Shown: piece by piece, positions 1 to 8,935 of the stretch
Layout: each line of letters opens with the position of its first letter
How positions within the stretch are numbered: the stretch's first letter is position 1
Virus record (IMG/VR): IMGVR_UViG_3300027896_000027
Source: an uncultured virus (IMG/VR IMGVR_UViG_3300027896_000027)
Taxonomy: Duplodnaviria; Heunggongvirae; Uroviricota; Caudoviricetes
Length of the DNA: 20,000 bases
Reading direction: 5' to 3' (one strand)
Notes under the pieces: model-generated
Database searches by the model: none
Told to the model about the DNA's origin: nothing
Seen by the model: the letters and a program-made list of their open reading frames with translations, nothing else
Translations under genes and position numbers: made by a program

Positions 1-1866
1 GATACTGTCATTACTCTTGCTAATAGTGACTTTTTTAATGCTGGTGATCGCATCCTTATCTCTGGGACGGCTGTTGAGACAGGACTGCAGGCAGAAGAAA
101 ATCATATCATTCAATCAATTACTGGTTTTGATGCTACCCTTACCACTCCGGTGTATTATTCTTATCTTAACCCGACAGTTTATAATTATAGCTCAGTCGG
201 TGAGGTGACTACCTCGATCAATTATCCGTTTCGGCGCTTGGCTTTTGCTTTTTTTGATGACTGTTTGCTTGGAGCGTCGAATCGAATTCCGAGCATGCAG
301 TTCGTTATCCACAAATCTCCAGTCCTTGCCTTTTCACCCTTTAATCAGATTCAGACCTTTGATTATAACCCGGCTCATGCCATGTGGTATATTTTAAAGA
401 GCATGACCGGATTTCCAGAGCAATGGCTCGATTCAATTGATTTTGCAGATTTAGCGGAAAAACTTGCCCTTGAAAATAGGGGGATTAGCCTTTTGATCGA
501 TTCACTTCAAGCTTGCCTTAATTATATTGAAAACATCAATACCCATATCGACGGCATCTTACGATATGGTTCAGATGGAAAATTTCACCCTAAATTAATT
601 CGCAACGATTATGATCTTAGCAAACTTATCTCCATCGATGAATCGATGCTCCTGGACGAACCGGAAATTTCAAGAAAAAGTTGGATCGACACTGTCAATG
701 AAATGAAGGTTCAATATTCTGAAATAACTGGAACTGGAAAAGGTATTTTTACGGCCTCATATCTTGGCTTTGTTCCCCTTCATTTAGAGGTTGATGGAGG
801 TTTTATCTATGTCTGTGGCCAGCAGGCTTATAAGGTGGGTGATAATGGCTATTACGATGCAGTGGTAAGGAAGATAGATATAAAAACCCTTGAGATCGTC
901 GATGAGTTTAATCTTCACCAAGCGACCGATAGCTTGAATAATGCCTTTTACAGAGTTCATGTGGACGGGGATGATTTATATTTGGTTGGTTCTTCTTACG
1001 TGGATGCCAAGGTTCAAACTGTTATCACCAGGCGGAATAAGAATGATCTTGCCGCTGGGTCTTGGATAAGTTACTATTTCCTTGGAAATCCAAGTTATTC
1101 GGTCAATACAGGCTTAAGCTGCATTACAGATGATTTATATTTGTACGTCACGGGAAGCTGGCTTGATGCTATAAATCACGAAGCGGCGTGGAGATGGAAA
1201 TTAGATAAGGTGGATGGCTCCATAATTTGGGAAGGAAATGATTTTCCTTACAATTATATGACAGCGTATGACGGAATAGTTGACGATGACCCTTACGTCA
1301 TTATAGCGGGATCGGCAGGAGGAGACAGGTCCATTTTGAAAGTGAATAAGGCGACAAACGTCTCTACGATACATAATGTCTCAGGGGATCGCTACTCAAA
1401 TGAAGGGATTGTTCGAGATGGAACAGTTGACATTGTTTATTATGTTTGTGGTAAAAGTTATGCAACGACATACGGTGATTTTAGAGTTTCGGTGTTAAAA
1501 TATAATGACTTTTTTATAAAGGTTTGGGAATGGACTAAGAATTATTTCACCGCTCCACCTGATTTACTTGAAGAATTACTCAACTGCGTGATAGATACCT
1601 CTGGGGTTTATTCGATAGGACATTTGCAACACACAACCCCCAGCATCTATTATCAAGGGGTATTTGCAAAGGTGAGCCTTGATGGCTCCCCACTCTGGGA
1701 TCTTCAGCACGAGACTCAGTATCGGGCGGCCATGAGAGCGATTGGGCTTTTGGACGCTGATACTCTTGTGGTTGGGACCTATGACAATGACCCTTCTGTT
1801 TCGATCGTGGATCGTTACGGTTATCTTGAAAAAAGGTTAACTTCAACTGGGGCAATTGCCAGTTAG
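1..1866 (+). CDS. Phage tail tip/host-specificity protein, N-terminal part (5'-truncated by the window), with appended beta-propeller-like domain
   Basis: Frame 1 is open from base 1, upstream of the GTG at 151. Motifs DYNPAHAMWYIL, ENRGISLL and KLIRNDYD..SRKSWIDTVNEMKVQY resemble Phage-tail_3/GTA-like tail proteins. The C-terminal ~375 aa has repeated VDGxxLYxxG-type strands. Confidence 0.75.
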   Translation, partial: DTVITLANSDFFNAGDRILISGTAVETGLQAEENHIIQSITGFDATLTTPVYYSYLNPTVYNYSSVGEVTTSINYPFRRLAFAFFDDCLLGASNRIPSMQFVIHKSPVLAFSPFNQIQTFDYNPAHAMWYILKSMTGFPEQWLDSIDFADLAEKLALENRGISLLIDSLQACLNYIENINTHIDGILRYGSDGKFHPKLIRNDYDLSKLISIDESMLLDEPEISRKSWIDTVNEMKVQYSEITGTGKGIFTASYLGFVPLHLEVDGGFIYVCGQQAYKVGDNGYYDAVVRKIDIKTLEIVDEFNLHQATDSLNNAFYRVHVDGDDLYLVGSSYVDAKVQTVITRRNKNDLAAGSWISYYFLGNPSYSVNTGLSCITDDLYLYVTGSWLDAINHEAAWRWKLDKVDGSIIWEGNDFPYNYMTAYDGIVDDDPYVIIAGSAGGDRSILKVNKATNVSTIHNVSGDRYSNEGIVRDGTVDIVYYVCGKSYATTYGDFRVSVLKYNDFFIKVWEWTKNYFTAPPDLLEELLNCVIDTSGVYSIGHLQHTTPSIYYQGVFAKVSLDGSPLWDLQHETQYRAAMRAIGLLDADTLVVGTYDNDPSVSIVDRYGYLEKRLTSTGAIAS

Positions 1867-1878
1867 GAAAAGAACAAA

Positions 1879-3282
1879 ATGGAGATAGATGCAGTAAATA
1901 TTAAGCAGTCAACCGCCGATCCAATGGTCATTGATACGGGGAACCAAAAGATTCAGGGGCGGGTTGCGTCAAAGACCGTTCAATTTGGGCTTTTCACCAA
2001 CAACCGAAACGCAGTCTGGGCCTCCAAGAATCAGTTGAGAAAGGAATCTTACCCGTTCGCCACGCTTAATTTAAAGGTGAATCGAAACGCTTTTCCCTTT
2101 GAGACTGGCGATACCTTTAAATTTTCTTACTCAAAATATAACATCGTAGACATGGTGGTAAGAGTCCTGCAGAGAGGCGAGGCGGAACTTGAGTCAGAGG
2201 AAATTAACGTCGTGGTGATGGAAGATCTTTTTCAGATCACCAACACGATCTCAGAATACTCACCCACAACAAATCGTAAGCAGCCAAGGGTAGATTATAC
2301 GGTTGGCCCGATTATTCATGAAAAGCTTTTTGAACCTGTCTATGCTTGGTCTCTTGGAGAAGTGGCCATAACCCCCTTAGCTGCCAGAGAGTCTCAGATT
2401 GACCTTGGGTTCAATGCCTATATGAGTCTGGATGAAGGGGCTTCCTATTCTATAAACCCAATTGCTAAGGGATTATTTTTCAGGGCTTACGGGACGCTCG
2501 TTGGAAGCTATCCCAAAGAGACTTATGAGATCGATGAGTTGGTGGGGATGGTGATCGACTTTTCTAACGCGGATGTCGATCTGATTGAAAGTCAAACTTG
2601 GCCAGCGATTCTTTCGGGAAATCAAAACCTTGCTCTCCTTGGGGATGAGATCATTTCCTTTAAAACGATCACACCAGTTTCAGGGTCTCAATATAAGCTT
2701 GAGGACATCCTTCGAGGAAGGTATGGCACTATAAAACAGGCTCACGTAAATGGTGAAACTTTTTTCTTTCTTGGTCAGGATATCCCAGTCGTCACAAACA
2801 ATGATATTTCAACGGGAGCTGATAGGTTTTTTAAGCTCATTGGTTTTAATGCCGCTGAGTTTGGCGATATTTCTGTGGCGACTGCTATTGAACATCTATT
2901 CTTGGGGGTGGCGAAAACGCCCTACGTCCCGATTAATTTTGAAGCTAATGGCAATTCGTTTGCTGCCCGATACGATACTGACATCGTTCTCATCTGGTCG
3001 CCAAGGTATCGAAATAAAGGGGCGGGGATAGGAATTCCTGGGACAGTTCTTTCTGACCTGGATTATGAAGGTTTATTTGAGATTGAAGTTTGGGTTGGAG
3101 GCATTAAGGTGAGGACTCAAAGTGCCGTTGACGCCTTGACGTGGACTTATACCGAGGCGATGAATATCTCTGACAATGGTTCTCTGGCGAGCGAGGTGGC
3201 ATTTAAACTTTCTAACTATCGAACTGAAGATGTGATCACTTATCATTCGAGTCAGGCCCAAGTGACCTGTAAAAAGAATTAG
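1879..3282 (+). CDS. Phage tail tip/host-specificity protein, C-terminal part
   Basis: 467-aa ORF. The segments AVWASKNQLRKESYPFATLNLKV..FETGD and NLALLGDEIISF...ILRGRYGT resemble GTA/phage tail host-specificity proteins. Confidence 0.75.
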   Translation: MEIDAVNIKQSTADPMVIDTGNQKIQGRVASKTVQFGLFTNNRNAVWASKNQLRKESYPFATLNLKVNRNAFPFETGDTFKFSYSKYNIVDMVVRVLQRGEAELESEEINVVVMEDLFQITNTISEYSPTTNRKQPRVDYTVGPIIHEKLFEPVYAWSLGEVAITPLAARESQIDLGFNAYMSLDEGASYSINPIAKGLFFRAYGTLVGSYPKETYEIDELVGMVIDFSNADVDLIESQTWPAILSGNQNLALLGDEIISFKTITPVSGSQYKLEDILRGRYGTIKQAHVNGETFFFLGQDIPVVTNNDISTGADRFFKLIGFNAAEFGDISVATAIEHLFLGVAKTPYVPINFEANGNSFAARYDTDIVLIWSPRYRNKGAGIGIPGTVLSDLDYEGLFEIEVWVGGIKVRTQSAVDALTWTYTEAMNISDNGSLASEVAFKLSNYRTEDVITYHSSQAQVTCKKN

Positions 3283-3291
3283 GAGGCTTTT

Positions 3292-4074
3292 ATGGATAAC
3301 GACAAGTATGGTCTTCATGACGTCCTCTATGGTGTCCAGGGCTGGGATGCGATCATGGCAACCGACATGCAGATCATCAACGATCAGATGCCGACGAGGA
3401 TCATAGGAACTCTCGGGGAAACTGTCGTGGCCTATCAAGCTCTATACCAAAAGGCTGCTGATTCAAAATGGTGGAAGGCTAAAGCGGACGGGGCCAAACA
3501 GCCGTGCCAGGGATTAGCGGTTGAGGGTGGGGACGCTGATGACGAGATAAGAATTCATCGGATGGGAGAGATCACCGACGTCTCTTGGGCGTGGGGAACG
3601 ATTGGGGCACCAATTTATCTTGACGCTTCGACTGCAGGCGCTTTGACCCAGACCGCTCCACCTGATAATGTTCAGATTATCGGTTATGCTAAATCAGCGA
3701 CCACGATGATCGTAATACTCGGAGTTTTAAATGTCGGCATCCAGAAATTTAGCCAGGGTGGAACGATCTATAAATCTGATGGGATAGTTGATGCTGCGAA
3801 CATCATCATCTGGGAAGCACCCTTCGCCTGCACGGTGACGAACGTAAAAGGTTATCGGGTCGGAGGAACTGGAGCAACAGTTAATGCAAGAAAGAATGGA
3901 GCGGATGATCATCTTGCCGGTGCTTTATCTTTAACGAACCCTGATGTGTGGATGGACGGCGGGGTAGTTCAAAATACCGCCTATGCTCTTGGAGATAAGC
4001 TTGAGATCATGTTAGTTTCAGTGGCGGGCAGTCCTACTCAGATTGCCATTAAAGTAGATTTTAAGAGGCCGTAA
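3292..4074 (+). CDS. Virion structural protein (DUF2190/cement- or fibre-like N-terminal domain)
   Basis: 260 aa with AGGAGG RBS. GETVVAYQALY..WWKAKAD..GLA..GAPIYL..AGALTQTAP pattern is typical of phage decoration/fibre proteins; lies in the tail module. Confidence 0.55.
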   Translation: MDNDKYGLHDVLYGVQGWDAIMATDMQIINDQMPTRIIGTLGETVVAYQALYQKAADSKWWKAKADGAKQPCQGLAVEGGDADDEIRIHRMGEITDVSWAWGTIGAPIYLDASTAGALTQTAPPDNVQIIGYAKSATTMIVILGVLNVGIQKFSQGGTIYKSDGIVDAANIIIWEAPFACTVTNVKGYRVGGTGATVNARKNGADDHLAGALSLTNPDVWMDGGVVQNTAYALGDKLEIMLVSVAGSPTQIAIKVDFKRP

Positions 4075-4077
4075 AAA

Positions 4078-7000
4078 ATGTCTTGGCTGAGCGGTTGGTC
4101 TTACAGAAAAAACAGACCGATAAAAAGGACTGACGGGCTTGTTACCAACTATCAGATGAAGCTTCTGGTAGGTGAAAGTGCTGGTTTGGGTAATGTCGAC
4201 TGCGCTGGCCACGTCTTATCGAATTTCAATGATCTTCGTTTTACTAATCTAAATGGCGATGTCCTTGATTATTGGATTGAGTCAATAAGCGGAACGGGCA
4301 CGAATCATATTGCTACGGTCTGGATTGAATTCGATTCGATCGATACCTCTGATACCACCTTCTACATGTACTACGGAAAGGCAGATGCGCCGGCTTACAG
4401 CGATGGGGCCGCTACATTCTTATTCTTTGATCATTTCTTGGGGTCGAGTCTCGGCGCTCAGTGGAACTCGCAGGGAACTCCTACTGTCTCTGGAAGTGAG
4501 GTGGCTCTCAAATCGGCAGCGACAGGTTGGGATGCAATTAAAGCAGCATTATACACGATTCAGTATGCCCGGATTAGGTCAAGATTTAAAGTAAGTGCTG
4601 TAAATAATCACGCTAATGGGCTTTCCAATAGCGCGATGAACACTACCTTCTACGCCGATGAAAGTGCTTATTTTCTTGGCGTGCCAGGCACTCCCGCACA
4701 AGTTTATGCTATCTCCTCACATAATGGGACTTTAACCCAAAGTTCTCATGTGAACTGGGATGGCTCGTATATGATCGGAGAGATGCTTTGGAAAAGTGGA
4801 GAGATTAAATATGCTAAGGATGATGCGGCAGCGTTTGCTACCTATACGACAAATCTACCAGATACGGCTTGTGCCCCACGAGCGGATGGAGCGCACGGTG
4901 CAAGCCAAGGAACCTTGACCCTTGATTGGTATTTTGTTAGCCAATATCTTTCTCCAGAACCAGCTTGGCAAGGTAGCTGGTCAAGTGAAGAACCGACAAC
5001 TACAAGTACGACAACTACAACTACTACGACTACAAGCACGACGACTACAAGCACGACGACCACAACCACAAGTACCACGACCACAAGTACCACGACCACA
5101 ACCACGAGTACGACGACCACAACCACAAGTACCACGACCACAAGTACCACGACCACAACCACGAGTACGACGACCACAACCACGACAACAACAACCACTA
5201 CGGCGGGACCAGATATACCTTGGATCGATAATTTTAATGACGGGTCTTTGGATACTACAAAATGGGGGACTTCCGTCGCGGGGGATGGTGCCGTTGACGA
5301 ACCAGCTGGAGATACCTTAGACATTACTGAGGGCGCAAATGCTAACAACGCCGCCATAGTTTATCTGAAGGACATTATTGATACCACGAAGGAATATGTC
5401 TACACCGTTAGGCATAAGATCGATGGGACGCCAAACGGTGGGATATTTTTACTTGCCGCGTATGACGGGGTTCCTGCCGTTTCAGACAATAATACGGTCA
5501 ATGCTAATCTAAGGCTTCAGGTTCTTTATGTTACGGGTACACCGGATCGTATTTACGTGGTTTACACTGATACATCTGGCAACTCTGAATATTGGGATGG
5601 GAGTTCTTGGCACACTGAGCCTACTCATATTGATATTATTGATGAGGCATCTTGGATAGATGTTTCTTTCATTGTTAAAAATAATAGTTGGAGAGTTTCA
5701 GTCAGGCGTTCAGACAATGCCAAGTCAATAGTTGAAGCCTATCCAATAGCTTTTTCTGCCCTTAAGGCTTACACAAATCTCCGTCTTTTTTGGGGGGATG
5801 CTTACAACAATTATTATTACGTCACCTCAATGAAGACCGACTTTTTTCGGTACGACAATCAGACTCCGATTTGGGGATGGTATAATGGTTGTACTGCCGC
5901 TGGGAACGATTACAAGATAGGTGGATGCATTTCCTACGACGGTGGAGACGTATTTCTGCGTCACCATGGCCTCTGGGATGTTGGTCCGTTGACGGGTGAG
6001 AATCAGGTTTGGGGTCCATGTGTCATTGAAGTTTCCGGGACCCTTTATATGTTTTACACGGTATATAGAAGTGCTGATCCATATAGCACAAAAAGAAGGA
6101 TTAGGCTATGCCATTCGTCCGATGGTGAGACCTGGACGGACGATGGGTATGTAACAACGCCCGGAGGCGCTGGAGCATGGGACGAGAATGGACACACCTT
6201 TCCACTGGTGGCTTATGACTCGATCGCAAATAATTTCAAGATGTATGTGGCGGGTTTTAATGCCTCTAATATTTATCAGGTGGGTTTATTTACTGCCGAT
6301 ACCATCACTGGGCCATGGACGCCAAATGGAGGCAACCCGATCATTGCGGTTGGTGGGGTAGGTTCATGGAATGAAACGGTTGTCATGGCTTTTGCCATTG
6401 AAGGGGGTTCTTACTTAACCCTTTGGGTTACTGGTGCAGATGCCGCCAACCTTTATAAGGTTGGAAAATATACCTCAATAGATTGGGTGACGTGGACTCC
6501 AGACGGATCAAACCCGATCATAGCCAGGGATGCTTCCAAGACTACTACTGCGTCTAATGTGGCCGCGTATGCTAAATCGATAACCGTGGCTGACAGTTCC
6601 CTGTTCTCTGTAAATGACCCAATCATAATTAGAGATACCGCTAATCAGGAGATAAATAGAATCTTAGGAATTCCAAATTCAACTCAGATTGATCTCTGGT
6701 ATCAGATTGATTGTGCCTATGGCTATACTACTCCTAATGTAATCGGACTTAACCACGATGATTTGGGTCAGGGTAATATTGGCGGGTCTCTTGCTTTTTT
6801 ATCAAGTTGGTTTCAGGCTACTCCCCACTCAGAAAAGATGTCTCGATGGGAGCTTAGCGGTGGAGTATGGGTTTATAAACCGTTAAAGAGTCCTGGATTA
6901 TCAGTGGGTGCGGTGTGGGATGCGGTTAGCGCTGAAAACCTAAAGTTCATACAGCCCAATATTTCACTGTCGGGTACGACGACCACAACCAGTACGACCA

Positions 7001-7173
7001 CGACCACTACAACGACCACCTCAACAACTACGACATCTACGACAACCACAACAACCAGTACCACCACGACCACTACAACGACCACCTCAACAACTACGAC
7101 ATCTACGACAACCACAACAACCAGTACCACAACAACATCGCCGCCCATCTTTATCTTGTGGCTGAGCGAATGA
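4078..7173 (+). CDS. Large virion-associated protein: DUF2341-like N-terminus, Thr/Ser tract, lectin-like domain, GH32/43/130-like five-bladed beta-propeller, second Thr/Ser tract
   Basis: 1031 aa. WLSGWSYRK...FNDLRFT..LDYWIE..TFYMYYG is DUF2341-like. Repeated blades WGPCVIEV..LYMFYT, HSSDGETWT, WDENG..FP, GPWT..GGNPII, WNE, SIDWVTWT..GSNPII. Confidence 0.7.
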   Translation: MSWLSGWSYRKNRPIKRTDGLVTNYQMKLLVGESAGLGNVDCAGHVLSNFNDLRFTNLNGDVLDYWIESISGTGTNHIATVWIEFDSIDTSDTTFYMYYGKADAPAYSDGAATFLFFDHFLGSSLGAQWNSQGTPTVSGSEVALKSAATGWDAIKAALYTIQYARIRSRFKVSAVNNHANGLSNSAMNTTFYADESAYFLGVPGTPAQVYAISSHNGTLTQSSHVNWDGSYMIGEMLWKSGEIKYAKDDAAAFATYTTNLPDTACAPRADGAHGASQGTLTLDWYFVSQYLSPEPAWQGSWSSEEPTTTSTTTTTTTTTSTTTTSTTTTTTSTTTTSTTTTTTSTTTTTTSTTTTSTTTTTTSTTTTTTTTTTTTAGPDIPWIDNFNDGSLDTTKWGTSVAGDGAVDEPAGDTLDITEGANANNAAIVYLKDIIDTTKEYVYTVRHKIDGTPNGGIFLLAAYDGVPAVSDNNTVNANLRLQVLYVTGTPDRIYVVYTDTSGNSEYWDGSSWHTEPTHIDIIDEASWIDVSFIVKNNSWRVSVRRSDNAKSIVEAYPIAFSALKAYTNLRLFWGDAYNNYYYVTSMKTDFFRYDNQTPIWGWYNGCTAAGNDYKIGGCISYDGGDVFLRHHGLWDVGPLTGENQVWGPCVIEVSGTLYMFYTVYRSADPYSTKRRIRLCHSSDGETWTDDGYVTTPGGAGAWDENGHTFPLVAYDSIANNFKMYVAGFNASNIYQVGLFTADTITGPWTPNGGNPIIAVGGVGSWNETVVMAFAIEGGSYLTLWVTGADAANLYKVGKYTSIDWVTWTPDGSNPIIARDASKTTTASNVAAYAKSITVADSSLFSVNDPIIIRDTANQEINRILGIPNSTQIDLWYQIDCAYGYTTPNVIGLNHDDLGQGNIGGSLAFLSSWFQATPHSEKMSRWELSGGVWVYKPLKSPGLSVGAVWDAVSAENLKFIQPNISLSGTTTTTSTTTTTTTTTSTTTTSTTTTTTSTTTTTTTTTSTTTTSTTTTTTSTTTTSPPIFILWLSE
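4996..5202 (+). repeat. Coding low-complexity Thr/Ser tract 1 (69 codons) with an exact 57-bp tandem duplication
   Basis: 5053-5109 is identical to 5110-5166, and a partial third copy follows. Confidence 0.95.
6976..7140 (+). repeat. Coding low-complexity Thr/Ser tract 2 (55 codons) with an exact 66-bp tandem duplication
   Basis: 6997-7062 is identical to 7063-7128. Confidence 0.95.
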
Positions 7174-7185
7174 AAGGAGAAGATT

Positions 7186-7377
7186 ATGTTTCAAGAAAAG
7201 ATTAAATGCTGTGAGTGTCAAGCTTGGGAAAGAGACGGGGCAGATGGAATATGTAGACGAAAGTCTCCTGTACCAGCGTGCCTTCCGAACAATGCAAAAG
7301 GATTTACTCTTGTGTGGCCAAGAACCAAGGCCAATGAAGGATGCTTTGAAGGCATTCTGATAGAGGTAAAAAGTTGA
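7186..7377 (+). CDS. Small Cys-rich hypothetical phage protein
   Basis: 63 aa, AAAGGAG RBS, CCECQAW..GICRRKSP..WP.T....CFE pattern. Confidence 0.7.
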   Translation: MFQEKIKCCECQAWERDGADGICRRKSPVPACLPNNAKGFTLVWPRTKANEGCFEGILIEVKS

Positions 7378-8441
7378 AGCTGAGTGTCGTGATCCCAAAC
7401 CGGAACGACACGGTGATGTTGGCCATCACGGTCAGAAGCGTTCTTGAGGAACTGAAGGCCGTCGAGGGTGGCGGAGAGATCGTGATCGTTGACAACTCAG
7501 ATGAAGATCTTTGGTTGATCTTGAAGACCATGAACGTCAGCCCTCTCGCCCTTCAGTACGTCGAAGAGGGGAAGATCCAACTGATTCATCAAAAGTTTCA
7601 AAGTATCTATTCTGCACGAGGAGAGGCTTTCAGATCAGCGAGAGGAGAATATTCTTATAATGTCGACAGCCACATGCTCGTCGGTCACAACACCTTGAAG
7701 GACATGGTTGACTTCATGGATGCAGACACAGAAGGCAAGGTTGGATTTGCTTTCTCACCGATCGGTTGGTTCAATGCCCACGAGGCCATCGCAAGGCACG
7801 ATATCCGAATTGACCAGGGGACGATCTTCGGCAACTGGGGAAAGCGATATTATAAGCCGATGAAGATCTGCTGGAACTTTGGATCGTGCATCTGTCGAAC
7901 AAAATGGTTCAATGAGGATTTTGGAGGATACGGTTTCTTTGACAAGAAAAGAGTTTCCTGGGGCGGCGGAGAATTTTACGCCGCCATAAAAAGTTGGCTT
8001 TTAGGATATGAAAATTGGGCGGTTCCAACAAGCCCTCAATATCACATTGGCCCATTTTCAAAAGAGATTGAGTCAAGGACTTGCTACCGATTCAGACAGT
8101 ACGGGGGTTCAGGGAACGGAAAACTTGGCATTGGAATCTTTGCGGCCTTCTATGCCCTTGGCGGAGATGAGATGAAGGAAGAGGCACGGAACGCAGAAGT
8201 CGCTGGCGTGGGGAGTAACTATGGCCTTAGCGTCGAGCGAGATTGGGAAACAGCCAAGGAACTTGCGCACGAGGATTGGCTGTGGTTGCGGGATCGACAG
8301 AAGTTAACCTATTTTAAGCTCATGGAAAAACAACCCTGGAGGGAAGACGGATGGGGAGATTGGAACAACTGGAAGCCGGACAAAGACGCCGGGATAAAAA
8401 GGGTCTTCAATCTGGCCAATCTAAGAGTGATCGAAAGATAA
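7374..8441 (+). CDS. GT-A fold glycosyltransferase (GT2/GT27, polypeptide GalNAc-transferase-like)
   Basis: LSVVIPNRND, EIVIVDNS, ARGEY..VDSH (DxH at 7665-7673), WGGGE....KSWLLG....VPTSPQYHI. The TTG start overlaps the upstream stop codon. Confidence 0.85.
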   Translation: MKLSVVIPNRNDTVMLAITVRSVLEELKAVEGGGEIVIVDNSDEDLWLILKTMNVSPLALQYVEEGKIQLIHQKFQSIYSARGEAFRSARGEYSYNVDSHMLVGHNTLKDMVDFMDADTEGKVGFAFSPIGWFNAHEAIARHDIRIDQGTIFGNWGKRYYKPMKICWNFGSCICRTKWFNEDFGGYGFFDKKRVSWGGGEFYAAIKSWLLGYENWAVPTSPQYHIGPFSKEIESRTCYRFRQYGGSGNGKLGIGIFAAFYALGGDEMKEEARNAEVAGVGSNYGLSVERDWETAKELAHEDWLWLRDRQKLTYFKLMEKQPWREDGWGDWNNWKPDKDAGIKRVFNLANLRVIER

Positions 8442-8455
8442 CGCAAAGAACCTGG

Positions 8456-8914
8456 ATGAAAGGCATCATCGCCGACGTTCATCCGAGCGTAAAGTTTGGA
8501 AAGAATGTTTCGGTCTGGTCATTCGCCGTGATCTGTCAGGGAGTGAAAATAGGAGAGAATTGTGCGATCGGTTCGGGCGTGTTTATAGGCAAGAATTGCA
8601 GGATAGGCAATAACGTGAGGATCCAAGATAAGGCACACTTGACTCCGGGCATGATCGTTGAGGACAATGTCTTCATCGGCCCGTGCGCCGTAACAATGAA
8701 CGATAAATACCCGGTCGTATTAAATCCTGATTACGCAAAGCGGCCACCTCATTTGCTGGAGGGGTGTTCGATTGGGGCAGGGGCTGTCATACTTCCTGGA
8801 GTCACAATTGGCAGAGATGCAACGGTGGGTGCGGGGGCAGTTGTGACGAAGGATGTTCCCGACAAGGTAACGGTTGTTGGATGCCCAGCAAGAGGAACAT
8901 TAGAATTAAAATAA
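8456..8914 (+). CDS. Hexapeptide-repeat (left-handed beta-helix) acetyltransferase, WbpD/FdtC-like sugar N-acetyltransferase
   Basis: IGENCAIG, IGNNVRIQ, VEDNVFIGP..MND, IGAGAVILPGVTIG..ATVGAGAVVTKDVP...VVGCPAR. Start placed at ATG 8456; the ORF is open from 8351. Confidence 0.85.
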   Translation: MKGIIADVHPSVKFGKNVSVWSFAVICQGVKIGENCAIGSGVFIGKNCRIGNNVRIQDKAHLTPGMIVEDNVFIGPCAVTMNDKYPVVLNPDYAKRPPHLLEGCSIGAGAVILPGVTIGRDATVGAGAVVTKDVPDKVTVVGCPARGTLELK

Positions 8915-8935
8915 CCTATCGGAAAGGGGACTAAA

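Noticed and set aside
1864..3291. Possible TAG reassignment (genetic code 15), since the TAG stops at 1864 and 3280 are both in frame with the next gene
   Set aside because: Long ORFs have no internal TAGs and coding density is already high under code 11. The TAG at 3280 simply overlaps an AGGAGG RBS, and the TAG at 14952 is followed by an in-frame TAA.
4842..5357. Minus-strand poly-Val ORF (also 6873..7148) and the +1-frame RRPQPQVP ORF 4922..5320
   Set aside because: Shadow frames of the Thr-codon tracts; no RBS, and fully embedded in the 1031-aa gene.
4996..7140. CRISPR array or DGR template/variable repeat
   Set aside because: The repeats are contiguous coding duplications without spacers; no adenine-specific mismatch pair and no reverse transcriptase is visible in the window.
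8351..8455. N-terminal extension of the acetyltransferase overlapping the glycosyltransferase (possible frameshift fusion)
   Set aside because: No clear slippery site with a stimulatory structure; ATG 8456 gives a normal-sized hexapeptide protein.
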